NCBI GenBank assembly: GCA_965203325.1
Contig: OZ241875.1
Coordinates: forward strand, 3,392,001-3,456,000
Direction: 5' to 3'
Origin: a bacterium
GTDB lineage: Bacteria; UBA8248
Length of the DNA: 64,000 nucleotides
Positions within the stretch are counted from its first letter, which is position 1; each line of letters starts with the position of its first letter. A program made the translations under genes and the position numbers. Shown here piece by piece: positions 50,821-59,278 of the stretch. Below the pieces are notes generated by a model. That model saw nothing but the letters and a program-made list of their open reading frames with translations. It made no database searches and was not told the origin of the DNA.

Positions 50821-51708
50821 ATGTCTAGCCACATGAAAATCATGAACGAGAAGACGGGGCGCATCGTCATGCTCGCGGTGGACCACGGCTATTTCCAGGG
50901 GCCGACCTCGGGTCTGGAGGAACCCGCAAAGACGATGGAGCCTTTACTGTCTTATTGCGACGCGGTGAGTCCCACGAAGGGCGTTTTCCTGCGCTGCATG
51001 CCGCCCGAGAGCAAGACGCCGGTCATTCTCCGTGCCTCGGGCGGGAACGCCATCGTCTATTCGGATCCTGTGGAACTCGAGCGTGAACTCAGCATCCGGG
51101 CAGCGGGGATAGAAGATGAGGCGGCCCGCGAGGCGCTGCGTGAGCGAATCGCCGATGATATCGTGAACCGCGAACTCTCGAACGAGTCCATCACCGTCTC
51201 TGCGGCGGAGGCCGCGCGCCTGGGCGTGGCGGGCGTTTCGGTTTCGATCTACGTGGGTGCGCGCTACCAGAAAGAGTCCATCCTGAACCTGGCGAGGATG
51301 AGCGATGAGGGCCGCCGGGAGGGCCTGATCGTTTTGGGCATCACGGCGGTGGGCAAGGAGATGACCAGGGATGCGCGCTATCTGGGTCTTGCGACGCGCA
51401 TCGCTGCCGAACACGGGGCGGACGTCGTGAAGACCTATTACTGCGAGGGCTTCGAGCGTGTGGTGCGGGGCTGTTTCGCGCCCATCGTCATCGCGGGCGG
51501 CAAGAAGGTGCCCGAGCGCGAGGCGCTCGCGTTCTGCTGGCGCGCGATAGACGAGGGCGCTGCGGGCGTGGACATGGGCCGCAACATCTTCCAGAGCGCG
51601 CATCCGGCCGCCATGGTCCGGGCGGTGCGCGCCGTCGTGCATGAGGATTCAAGCCCGGATGCGGCCTTTGAGATGTTCGAGGATTTGAGCGCGGAAGTCC
51701 CTGTATGA
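50821..51708 (+). CDS. lsrF: LsrF-like thiolase (class I aldolase fold)
   Basis: MLAVDHGYFQGPT, ELSNE, RDARYLGLATRIAAE, KTYY, IAGGKK, GVDMGRNIFQ. Confidence 0.88.
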   Translation: MSSHMKIMNEKTGRIVMLAVDHGYFQGPTSGLEEPAKTMEPLLSYCDAVSPTKGVFLRCMPPESKTPVILRASGGNAIVYSDPVELERELSIRAAGIEDEAAREALRERIADDIVNRELSNESITVSAAEAARLGVAGVSVSIYVGARYQKESILNLARMSDEGRREGLIVLGITAVGKEMTRDARYLGLATRIAAEHGADVVKTYYCEGFERVVRGCFAPIVIAGGKKVPEREALAFCWRAIDEGAAGVDMGRNIFQSAHPAAMVRAVRAVVHEDSSPDAAFEMFEDLSAEVPV

Positions 51709-51736
51709 TGGTGTTTCGGCTCGCGACGCAGGAAGT

Positions 51737-52771
51737 ATGAACATGGCGGAAACCATGCGGGCGGCGGTGTATTACCGAAACGACGACGTGCGGATCGAGA
51801 AGATGGCGAAGCCCCGCGCCGGGGCGGGCGAGCTTTTGGTCGAGACGCGCGCGAGCGGCATCTGCGGAAGCGACGTAATGGAGTGGTACCGGGTAAAGAG
51901 CGCGCCGCGCGTCTTGGGCCATGAGGTGACGGGCGTCGTCGCGCAAGCGGGCGAGGGCGTGGAAGGCTTCCGGGTAGGTGATCGCGTCTGCGTCACCCAT
52001 CACGTTCCCTGTAATGCCTGCGCGCATTGCCTGCGCGGAGACCACACGGCTTGTGAGATGCTGAAAGCTACGAATTTCGACCCGGGCGGTTTCGCCGAGT
52101 TCATCCGCTTACCCGCCGCCAACGTGGATCGGGGGATGTTCCGCCTGCCCGATGAGGTTTCGGACGATGCGGGCGTGTTCGTCGAGCCTTTGGGCTGCGT
52201 CCTGCGCGGCTGGCGGCGCTTTCGTATGACGCCGGGCCTCTCCGTCCTCGTGGTGGGAAGCGGGATGTCGGGCCTGTTACACGTGCAGGCGGCGCGCATC
52301 CTGGGAGCGGGAGCCATATTCGCGGCGGACGTTCATCCCTGGCGCCTCAAGGCCGCCGAGCGGTTCGGCGCGCATGCGCTGCCCCCGTGCGAAGATATGA
52401 CCGAGGCCTTACGGGAGGCGAACGACGGCCGCCTGGCGGATCGCGTCGTCCTGTGCGCGGGGGCGCCCGAGGCTCTTAAGACGTCCCTCGCGTGCGTCGC
52501 GACCTGCGGCGTCTTGCAGCTTTTCGCCCCCACGCCGCCGGGATACCGCCCTGAAATCGACCTCAACCGAATCTGGAGCGAGCAGATCGCCATCACCACC
52601 ACTTACGGCGCAGCGCCGCTCGATCTCGAAGAGGCGCTCGCGCTCATACGCGCCGGCCGCATCGAGGTCGAGGAGATGGTCACCCACAGGCTCCCGCTCG
52701 CGCAGGCGCAGGAGGGCTTCCGCCTCGTCGCCGAGGCGGGCGAATCACTGAAGGTGGTGCTCAAACCCTGA
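51737..52771 (+). CDS. Zinc-dependent (sugar/polyol) alcohol dehydrogenase
   Basis: GICGSD, LGHE, C-x2-C-x2-C-x7-C, VEPLGC, VGSGMSG. Confidence 0.92.
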   Translation: MNMAETMRAAVYYRNDDVRIEKMAKPRAGAGELLVETRASGICGSDVMEWYRVKSAPRVLGHEVTGVVAQAGEGVEGFRVGDRVCVTHHVPCNACAHCLRGDHTACEMLKATNFDPGGFAEFIRLPAANVDRGMFRLPDEVSDDAGVFVEPLGCVLRGWRRFRMTPGLSVLVVGSGMSGLLHVQAARILGAGAIFAADVHPWRLKAAERFGAHALPPCEDMTEALREANDGRLADRVVLCAGAPEALKTSLACVATCGVLQLFAPTPPGYRPEIDLNRIWSEQIAITTTYGAAPLDLEEALALIRAGRIEVEEMVTHRLPLAQAQEGFRLVAEAGESLKVVLKP

Positions 52772-52786
52772 TCGCAAGCCCGAATC

Positions 52787-52815
52787 TTGCGGTCGGGCGC
52801 GAAAGAGATTAGTAT
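52787..52815 (+). promoter_or_regulatory. Array unit 1 promoter
   Basis: TTGCGG-N17-TAGTAT; hexamers and spacing kept although the spacer differs from units 2-4. Confidence 0.65.
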
Positions 52816-52905
52816 TTTTCTGAGAAAGCGAGCAACGCAGGGCAGGACGCTCTGGGTCCACGAGGTTGTTCGGTTTTTGTTGGTGGACTCGCAAGGAGGA
52901 AGGAA

Positions 52906-53166
52906 GTGACGACTTTTCAAATCGCGACGCTGGTGGCATTGGGCATCCAGAGCGCAATAGCTCTTGGTGTAGGAAGCGTTCAGTGTATCCTGATATGGAA
53001 GGGCTTGAGACAGATGGAGCGCGCCTCGGAGTTCAGGGAAAGAGAGAGCGCTAGACGGCACGAGGAAGTCATGATGGAGGGTGCGAGGCGGCACGAAGAG
53101 AACATGAAAAAACATGAGCAGTCCATGACCGCGCTCAAGACGCTCATCGAGCGGACAGGGAAGTAA
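52906..53166 (+). CDS. Array micro-protein 1 (86 aa; single TM plus coiled coil)
   Basis: GTG start with an AAGGAGGAAGG RBS; MTTFQIATLVALGIQSAIALGVGSVQCILIWKGLRQM...ARRHEE...TALKTLIERTGK. Confidence 0.85.
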   Translation: MTTFQIATLVALGIQSAIALGVGSVQCILIWKGLRQMERASEFRERESARRHEEVMMEGARRHEENMKKHEQSMTALKTLIERTGK

Positions 53167-53191
53167 CCTCTACTTCCCGCCGGCTACTCCG

Positions 53192-53222
53192 CCCCCGTCC
53201 TCCGGGACGGGGGTTTTCTGTT
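53192..53222 (+). terminator. Array unit 1 intrinsic terminator
   Basis: CCCCCGTCC-TCCG-GGACGGGGG-TTTTCTGTT (9-bp stem, cUNCGg loop). Confidence 0.88.
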
Positions 53223-53305
53223 GCTCGATTGCTCTCTGCCCATCATCTGTTTTGGGAATCTCTCCAGGTGGCGGTTAGGCCTTGAGTCGCGCGAAGAGCC
53301 GGATA

Positions 53306-53334
53306 TTGCGGGGGAGCGCGAAAGGGGATAGTGT
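53306..53334 (+). promoter_or_regulatory. Array unit 2 promoter
   Basis: TTGCGG-N17-TAGTGT. Confidence 0.6.
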
Positions 53335-53414
53335 TATATCTAGGATTGCGGGCCATGGAACGCGAGGCTGTGGAGTTCGCAGGGTGATAATCAAAGACCC
53401 GAATGGGGTGGGTA

Positions 53415-53621
53415 ATGACGACTTTTCAAATCGCGACGCTGGTGGCATTGGGCATTCAGAGCGCAATAGCTCTTGGTGTAGGAAGCGTTCAGTGTATCCT
53501 GATATGGAAGGGCTTGAGGCAGATGGAGCGCGCCTCGGAGTTCAGGGAAAGAGAGGGCGCAAGACGGCACGAGGAGTCCATGACCGCGCTCAAGACGCTC
53601 ATCGAGCGGACAGGGAAGTAA
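53415..53621 (+). CDS. Array micro-protein 2 (68 aa)
   Basis: Paralogue with a single ARRHEE unit. Confidence 0.85.
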   Translation: MTTFQIATLVALGIQSAIALGVGSVQCILIWKGLRQMERASEFREREGARRHEESMTALKTLIERTGK

Positions 53622-53646
53622 CCTCTACTTCCCGCCGGCTACTCCG

Positions 53647-53677
53647 CCCCCGTCCTCCGGGACGGGGGTTTTCTGTT
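53647..53677 (+). terminator. Array unit 2 intrinsic terminator
   Basis: Identical to the unit 1 terminator. Confidence 0.88.
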
Positions 53678-53760
53678 GCTCGATTGTTCTCTGCCCATCA
53701 TCTGTTTTGGGAATCTCTCCAGGTGGCGGTTAGGCCTTGAGTCGCGCGAAGAGCCGGATA

Positions 53761-53789
53761 TTGCGGGGGAGCGCGAAAGGGGATAGTGT
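53761..53789 (+). promoter_or_regulatory. Array unit 3 promoter
   Basis: TTGCGG-N17-TAGTGT, overlapping an extended -10 TGtTATATT. Confidence 0.6.
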
Positions 53790-53868
53790 TATATTCAGGA
53801 TTGCGGGCCATGGAACGCGAGGCCATGTAGTTCGCAGGGTGAAAATCAAGGACCCGAAAGGGAACAAG

Positions 53869-54150
53869 ATGACGACTTTTCAAATCGCGACGCTGGTGGC
53901 ATTGGGCATTCAGAGCGCAATAGCTCTTGGTGTAGGAAGCGTTCAGTGTATCCTGATATGGAAGGGCTTGAGGCAGATGGAGCGCGCCTCGGAGTTCAGG
54001 GAAAGAGAGAGCGCTAGACGGCACGAGGAAGTCATGAGGGAGAGCGCGAGGCGGCACGAAGAGACCATGAAAAATCATGAGGAAAACATGAAAAAACATG
54101 AGGAATCGATGACCGCGCTCAAGACGCTCATCGAGCGGACAGGGAAGTAA
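53869..54150 (+). CDS. Array micro-protein 3 (93 aa)
   Basis: Paralogue with 11+7+7 aa of extra coiled-coil repeats. Confidence 0.85.
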   Translation: MTTFQIATLVALGIQSAIALGVGSVQCILIWKGLRQMERASEFRERESARRHEEVMRESARRHEETMKNHEENMKKHEESMTALKTLIERTGK

Positions 54151-54175
54151 CCTCTACTTCCCGCCGGCTACTCCG

Positions 54176-54206
54176 CCCCCGTCCTCCGGGACGGGGGTTT
54201 TCTGTT
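54176..54206 (+). terminator. Array unit 3 intrinsic terminator
   Basis: Identical to the unit 1 terminator. Confidence 0.88.
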
Positions 54207-54289
54207 GCTCGATGGTTCTCTGCCCATCATCTGTTTTGGGAATCTCTGAAGATGGCGGTTAGGCCTTGAGTCGCGCGAAGAGCCGGATA

Positions 54290-54318
54290 TTGCGGGGGAG
54301 CGCGAAAGGGGATAGTGT
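54290..54318 (+). promoter_or_regulatory. Array unit 4 promoter
   Basis: TTGCGG-N17-TAGTGT. Confidence 0.6.
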
Positions 54319-54398
54319 TATATTCAGGGTTGCGGGCCATGGGACGCGAGGCCGTGGAGTTCGCCGGGCGAATACAAAAGACCCGAGAGGAGAGAAAA

Positions 54399-54593
54399 GT
54401 GACGACTTTTCAAATCGCAACGCTCGGGTTCTACGCCGTGCAGTCCCTCATCGGCCTCGCACAGTGCGCCCTCATCTTGATGGGCTTGAGGCAGATGAGC
54501 CGCGCCTCGGAGTTCAGGGAAAGAGAGGGCGCAAGACGGCACGAGGAGTCCATGACCGCGCTCAAGACGCTCATCGAGCGGACAGGGAAGTAA
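54399..54593 (+). CDS. Array micro-protein 4 (64 aa; divergent TM segment)
   Basis: GTG start with a GAGGAG RBS; MTTFQIATLGFYAVQSLIGLAQCALILMGLRQMSRASEFREREGARRHEESMTALKTLIERTGK. Confidence 0.85.
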   Translation: MTTFQIATLGFYAVQSLIGLAQCALILMGLRQMSRASEFREREGARRHEESMTALKTLIERTGK

Positions 54594-54618
54594 CCTCTAC
54601 TTCCCGCCGGCTATTCCG

Positions 54619-54649
54619 CCCCCGTCCTCCGGGACGGGGGTTTTCTGTT
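54619..54649 (+). terminator. Array unit 4 intrinsic terminator
   Basis: Identical hairpin; abuts the convergent recD2 stop. Confidence 0.88.
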
Positions 54650-54666
54650 GCATCGCCGATTGTCCG

Positions 54667-57147
54667 CTACTTATCCACGGGGTGGTAGGTCAGTTCGCCC
54701 CCGGGCGGGGAATCGTCCTCGGTCGCTTCGTCCTCATAAAGAGCATCCGGCGGGGCGTCTTCCGTGAACTGCGTGTCATCCGCATCCGCATCCTGCGGGG
54801 CGGGGGAGGGCTCCTTGAGAAGCGGGGCGAGTTTCGCCTCGCGGCGGATTCTTTCCGGCAGGCCGCTCCAGCGCCTCCTCACGCGCGCGTTTCCTATCGC
54901 CATGCCGAGCGCCTTTTTCGACCCGACGAACACCGCCAGACGCTTCGCCCGCGTGAGGGCGGTGTAGACGAGGTTTCTCTGCAGCATCGGGAAGTGCTGG
55001 GTGTGGAGCGGGATGACGACGGCGGGGTATTCGCTCCCCTGGCTCTTGTGGACGGTGATGGCGTAGGCGTGCATCACCTCATCGAGCGCGCCGCGCGTAT
55101 ATTCGACGACGTTCGAATCGAAAGCGGCGCGAATGCTCCCCTCCTCGGGCGCGACGCTCTTGACGACGCCGATGTCGCCGTTGAACACGTCCTTGTCGTA
55201 GTTGTTGCGCACCTGGATGAGCTTGTCCCCGGTGCGGAACGTCCGGCCGCCGCTCTGTAGCGCGGGCGCGCTTCCGGCGGGATTGAGCGCCTCCTGTAAG
55301 CGCGCGTTCAGGCTCTGCACGCCGAGCACGCCGCGCTGCATGGGGGAGATGACCTGGAGGTCGGCGATGGCGTCGATCTTGAACCGATCGGGAATGCGCT
55401 CGCGGCACAGTTCGATGATGAGGTCGGCGCAGCGCTCCGCCTCGCTCTCCTCGATGAAGTAATAGTCGAGCGGCGCGTCTTCTTTTTCCCCCTTGCCGTT
55501 TCGGGGCATCTCGCCGCGGTTCACGCGGTGGGCGTTCTCGACGATCAGGCTCTCCTGCGCCTGGCGGAAGACCTCGGTGAGCCTCACGACGGGCGGGGTC
55601 TCTGAGGTGATGACGTCGCTCAGGACGTTGCCGGGTCCCACGGAGGGGAGCTGGTCTACGTCGCCCACCAGGACGAGCGTCGCCGGGTCGGGCACCGCGC
55701 GCAGCAGGTGGGCCGTCAGGTGTACGTCGAGCATCGAGGCCTCATCGATGATCACGATGTCGCCGGTGAGCGGGTTTTCCGCATCGCGGGTGAAGCCGCC
55801 CGAGTGCCAGCTGTATTCGAGCAGCCTGTGGATGGTGGCCGCCTCGTGGCCTGTGACTTCAGAAAGACGCTTGGCCGCCCGGCCCGTGGGCGCGCCGAGG
55901 ATGACCTGGAGGCCGAGTTTCGTGTAGAGGTTCGTGACGGCGCTCACGATGGTCGTCTTGCCGGTGCCGGGGCCGCCCGTGACGATAAGCACCTTCTGCG
56001 TGAGCGCGCCCTCTATCGCCGCGCCCTGATCCTTCGTCGCCTTGCCGCCTTCGAGCGCGCGCCGGGCGAGATGACCGAGGCGCTCTTTCGTCGTACTCCC
56101 GGGCGCTCCCTGTCCCCGCATGGCGGCTTCGAGACGCGCCTCGTCGCGCGTCGTGCGGATGAGCGCGGCGAGACGGCGGGCGACCTCGCATTCCGCGGCG
56201 TAGAGCGGGCGCGCGTAGACGCGCTTGCCCTCGGCCGAAGCGAGGTTCTCGACCATGTTCGCCGATTCGATCACCACCGAGCCGCCCCGGCCCAGGTTCT
56301 CGAGAACGGGAGCGAGGGCGTCGACTTCGGTCTCGAGCATCTCGACGGCCGTCTCCATCAGGTCGCCGTAGGGCAGAAAGCAGTGGCCCTCGCGCTCGGC
56401 GAGCTGGTTCAGGACGTAGACGGCTCCCGCCGCGAGGCGTTTGGGAGAGTCAACGGGAATGCCCAGTTGCTGCGCGATTCGGTCCGCGCTCTTGAAGCCC
56501 ACGCCGTGAATCTCTGACGCCAGGCGATAGGGGTCTTCGCGCAGAATCCGTATGGACGCCTCGCCGTAGGTTCTCAGGATTTTCTCGGACAGATGGAGCG
56601 GGACGTCGTATTGACGGAGAAAAAGCATGATCTCCTTGACTTCGCTCTGGCTCTTCCAGCTCTCGACGATGGCTTCGAGCTTCTTCGCGCCCAGCCCGGC
56701 GATTTCCGTTAAGCGCTCGGGTTGGTTGTCGAGGATTTCGAGGGATTTCTCGCCGAAGCGCGTAACGATTCTCCTGGCGAGAGCGGGGCCGATGTTCTTC
56801 ACGATGCCGGACGCCAGGTACTTTTCGATTCCCTCGATTGTCGTGGGCGCCAGCGGGCGGGCTAGTTCTGCATGAAACTGGCGGCCGAACCTGGGATGAT
56901 CCTTCCAGCCGCCCTCGAAGCGGACGCGTTCGCCCTCGCGGATGGAGGAGAGATAGCCCACAACGGCCACGCGGGGGAAATCCTCGTTGTCCGGCTGGAC
57001 GAGCAGGACGCTGTAGCCGGTGTCCTCCGCGCGGAAGCGGATCCGCTCCACCGCGCCGGTCAGTTCGGTGCCGTCTTGCGGGAAGAGGCCCGCCTGGGGA
57101 GGAGGGGTACTTCTTCCGGGGCGTGGTGTTCTCGGTTTGCGCGTCAT
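54667..57147 (-). CDS. recD2: ATP-dependent RecD-like DNA helicase (RecD2)
   Basis: N-terminal OB/HhH region (YLASGIVKNIGP, GVGFKSAD); TGGPGTGKTT, APTGRAAKRL, IDEASM, GDVDQLPSVGPG, YAITVHKSQGSEY, YTALTRAK. Confidence 0.95.
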   Translation of the reverse strand: MTRKPRTPRPGRSTPPPQAGLFPQDGTELTGAVERIRFRAEDTGYSVLLVQPDNEDFPRVAVVGYLSSIREGERVRFEGGWKDHPRFGRQFHAELARPLAPTTIEGIEKYLASGIVKNIGPALARRIVTRFGEKSLEILDNQPERLTEIAGLGAKKLEAIVESWKSQSEVKEIMLFLRQYDVPLHLSEKILRTYGEASIRILREDPYRLASEIHGVGFKSADRIAQQLGIPVDSPKRLAAGAVYVLNQLAEREGHCFLPYGDLMETAVEMLETEVDALAPVLENLGRGGSVVIESANMVENLASAEGKRVYARPLYAAECEVARRLAALIRTTRDEARLEAAMRGQGAPGSTTKERLGHLARRALEGGKATKDQGAAIEGALTQKVLIVTGGPGTGKTTIVSAVTNLYTKLGLQVILGAPTGRAAKRLSEVTGHEAATIHRLLEYSWHSGGFTRDAENPLTGDIVIIDEASMLDVHLTAHLLRAVPDPATLVLVGDVDQLPSVGPGNVLSDVITSETPPVVRLTEVFRQAQESLIVENAHRVNRGEMPRNGKGEKEDAPLDYYFIEESEAERCADLIIELCRERIPDRFKIDAIADLQVISPMQRGVLGVQSLNARLQEALNPAGSAPALQSGGRTFRTGDKLIQVRNNYDKDVFNGDIGVVKSVAPEEGSIRAAFDSNVVEYTRGALDEVMHAYAITVHKSQGSEYPAVVIPLHTQHFPMLQRNLVYTALTRAKRLAVFVGSKKALGMAIGNARVRRRWSGLPERIRREAKLAPLLKEPSPAPQDADADDTQFTEDAPPDALYEDEATEDDSPPGGELTYHPVDK

Positions 57148-57227
57148 GGGTCGTTCCTGATCGCATCCGGGCGGGCGGGGCGGTGTGTCACCGGGTGCGC
57201 GTGGCCGGGGTCAGAGCGAGAGTCAGC

Positions 57228-58031
57228 TCAGCCCCCGCTCCTTCCGGTTTTTTTCGCTTCATTCCAGAGCGTTTCCAGCTCATCGAGCGTCACGTCCTCG
57301 GGCGAGAGTCCCCGGGCGCGCAGCGCTTGTTCCATATGGTGAAAACGCGCGGTAAAGCGCTGGATGCAGGCGCGGGCCGCCCCCTCGGCGCTCACCCCGA
57401 GCTTCCGGGAGAGGTTCACGGCGGCGAAGAGAAGATCGCCCATCTCTTGCTCGATCGCTTCGCGGTCTTCTTTCCGCATCGCCGCCTTGAGTTCCGCCCA
57501 CTCTTCTTCCACCTTGCCCGCCGCACCGGCCGGGTCCGGCCAGTCGAAGCCCACGCGCGAAGCCTTTCCCTGAAGTCTCTGGGCGCGCTGGAGCGCGGGC
57601 ATGGCGGCGGGCACGCCGTCGAGAATGGAGGCCGCGCCGTTCTCATCCCCCGCGCGGGACTTTCGCTTGCTGATCTCCCAGTTTCGGAGCACCTCGCCGC
57701 TGGTCTCGGCCATAGCGTCCTCGAACACGTGGGGGTGGCGGTCGATCATCTTCTGCGCGAGGGCGCGGGCGGTCTCCTCGGCGTCGAAGAGGCCCTTCTC
57801 CTCGGCGAGTCGGCAGTGGAAGAGCACCTGAAGCAGGAGGTCGCCCAACTCTTCCTTGAGCATGGCGGGGTCGCCCGCCTCGATGGCCTCCATCACCTCG
57901 TAGGCTTCCTCAATGAGGTAGGGCTTGAGGCTCTGGTGGTCCTGTTCCTTGTCCCAGGGGCAGCCGTCCGGCGCTCTGAGGCGGGCCATGACCTCCACCG
58001 CGCGCTCGAAACCGCTTTTGTTCTCGCTCAA
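57228..58031 (-). CDS. mazG: Nucleoside triphosphate pyrophosphohydrolase
   Basis: LRAPDGCPWDKEQ, EEAYEV, EELGDLLLQV, RHPHVF, GFDW, EMGDLLF. Confidence 0.96.
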   Translation of the reverse strand: MSENKSGFERAVEVMARLRAPDGCPWDKEQDHQSLKPYLIEEAYEVMEAIEAGDPAMLKEELGDLLLQVLFHCRLAEEKGLFDAEETARALAQKMIDRHPHVFEDAMAETSGEVLRNWEISKRKSRAGDENGAASILDGVPAAMPALQRAQRLQGKASRVGFDWPDPAGAAGKVEEEWAELKAAMRKEDREAIEQEMGDLLFAAVNLSRKLGVSAEGAARACIQRFTARFHHMEQALRARGLSPEDVTLDELETLWNEAKKTGRSGG

Positions 58032-58219
58032 TGCCTGGCCTCACGATTGGGAATCCCGACGCCCGCAGTATACGCGCAACGCGCGCGGGCGGGCAACGAT
58101 CCTCCGGGGGGCCGCCGCATGATATAGGCGGATCGGATACGGGCGAGCGCGGTATGTCTTGACGGGAGACGACGCCTAGGAGGGAGATCGTCGTCTACAC
58201 CAGTTTCGTCGAGCGTTTC

Positions 58220-59278
58220 TCAGGAAACAGTCGTTTGCGTCCCGGTATTTTCCCGTTTTTCCAATGGAAAATGGCAGGCGGCCTTGGTTCCGCCGGGATA
58301 AGGCGTCAGCATCGGCATTTCGACTCGGCACCTCTCTTCTCTTTGGGGACAACGGCTGTAAAAACGGCAAAGGTGCGGGGAAGGATCGATGGGACTCATC
58401 GGCTCACCGGTCAATCGCACCCGTTCGGTGCGCTCGTTCGTGTTGATGGCGGGTATGGCGGAGAGGAGCGCCCGGGTGTAGGGATGGCGGGGGTGACGCA
58501 GGATTTCCCGGGTGGGACCGGCCTCCACGATTTTGCCGAGATACATCACCAGAACCCGTTGGCAGAGCAGCCGGACGACGTTCAGATCATGGGAGACGAA
58601 CAGGTAGCTCATCCCGAGGCGGTTCTTCAGATCTTCGAGAAGATGCAGGATGACCGCCTGAACCGAAACGTCCAGGGCGGAGGTGGGCTCGTCCAGAATG
58701 AGGAGCGAGGGTTCGAGCGCTATCGCGCGGGCGATTCCGACCCGCGCCTTCTGACCGCCGGAGAGCTGGTGTGGATAACGGGTCAGGAACTCGGGGGCGA
58801 GACCCACCAGAGTGCAGAGTTCCTCCACGCGCTTCGCCAGTTCGGGGCCGCTCCGCATCCCGCCCAGACGCAAGAGCGGATCGGCGACCGCCCGAAAAGT
58901 GGTGAACCCGGGATTCAGGCTTTCCGTGGGGTCCTGGAAAACCATCTGGATTTTCCGGCGCTTCTCGCCCTGGATGAAGCGGCTCGCCGGAACCCCCCCG
59001 ATGTTCCTGCCCTCGAAGGCGATAGCGCCCGATGTCGGGTCCTGCAGGCGGGCGATCAAGCGGGCGAGGGTGGATTTCCCGCAGCCGGACTCGCCGACGA
59101 GGCCGACGCTCTCCCCCGCTTCGATCGTGAAAGTCACGCCGTCCACGGCGTGGAGATGGCCCGCTTCGCCTCGTTCTTCGGCCCCCATGCCCCGCAGCGA
59201 ATTCCAGATCCTTCCCATCGCTCCACTCCGGCGGATCGGGAACTTCTTCAGGAGGTCGACGGTTTGGAGCAAGGCCAT
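58220..59278 (-). CDS. Peptide ABC transporter ATP-binding protein (DppF/OppF-like)
   Basis: [36 protein letters not shown]. Confidence 0.92.
   Translation of the reverse strand: MALLQTVDLLKKFPIRRSGAMGRIWNSLRGMGAEERGEAGHLHAVDGVTFTIEAGESVGLVGESGCGKSTLARLIARLQDPTSGAIAFEGRNIGGVPASRFIQGEKRRKIQMVFQDPTESLNPGFTTFRAVADPLLRLGGMRSGPELAKRVEELCTLVGLAPEFLTRYPHQLSGGQKARVGIARAIALEPSLLILDEPTSALDVSVQAVILHLLEDLKNRLGMSYLFVSHDLNVVRLLCQRVLVMYLGKIVEAGPTREILRHPRHPYTRALLSAIPAINTNERTERVRLTGEPMSPIDPSPHLCRFYSRCPQREERCRVEMPMLTPYPGGTKAACHFPLEKRENTGTQTTVS

Larger units (their letters stand above)
52787..54651 (+). repeat. Tandem array of four ~440-530 bp promoter-leader-microORF-terminator units
   Basis: Stop codons at 53166, 53621, 54150 and 54593 (periods 455, 529, 443). 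Intergenic parts are near-identical; unit 1 has a diverged 5' region. Confidence 0.95.

Noticed and set aside
53161..54264. Integron attC-like signal in the array: the stop codon overlaps TAAC, and GTTAGGC follows 108 nt after each of the first three stops (53274, 53729, 54258)
   Set aside because: The left site AAGTAAC does not fit RYYYAAC or complement GTTAGGC beyond 4 bp. L-box pairing is poor, the left arm is better explained by the local stop-codon hairpin, the units are paralogues, and no integrase is present. An IntegronFinder covariance-model hit would reverse this.
52787..54651. CRISPR array or DGR template/variable repeats
   Set aside because: Units are ~450-530 bp and coding, with no short repeat/unique spacer pattern and no cas or reverse transcriptase gene. 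Differences are not adenine-specific.
53282..54688. Longer track ORFs starting MSRAKSRILRG in array units
   Set aside because: They run through the promoter, are in frame with the peptide only in unit 3, and have no RBS.
54667..58031. RecD2 and MazG as a defence system linked to the array
   Set aside because: Both look like ordinary full-length housekeeping orthologues with host-like composition, and they are convergent to the array; adjacency alone is not evidence.
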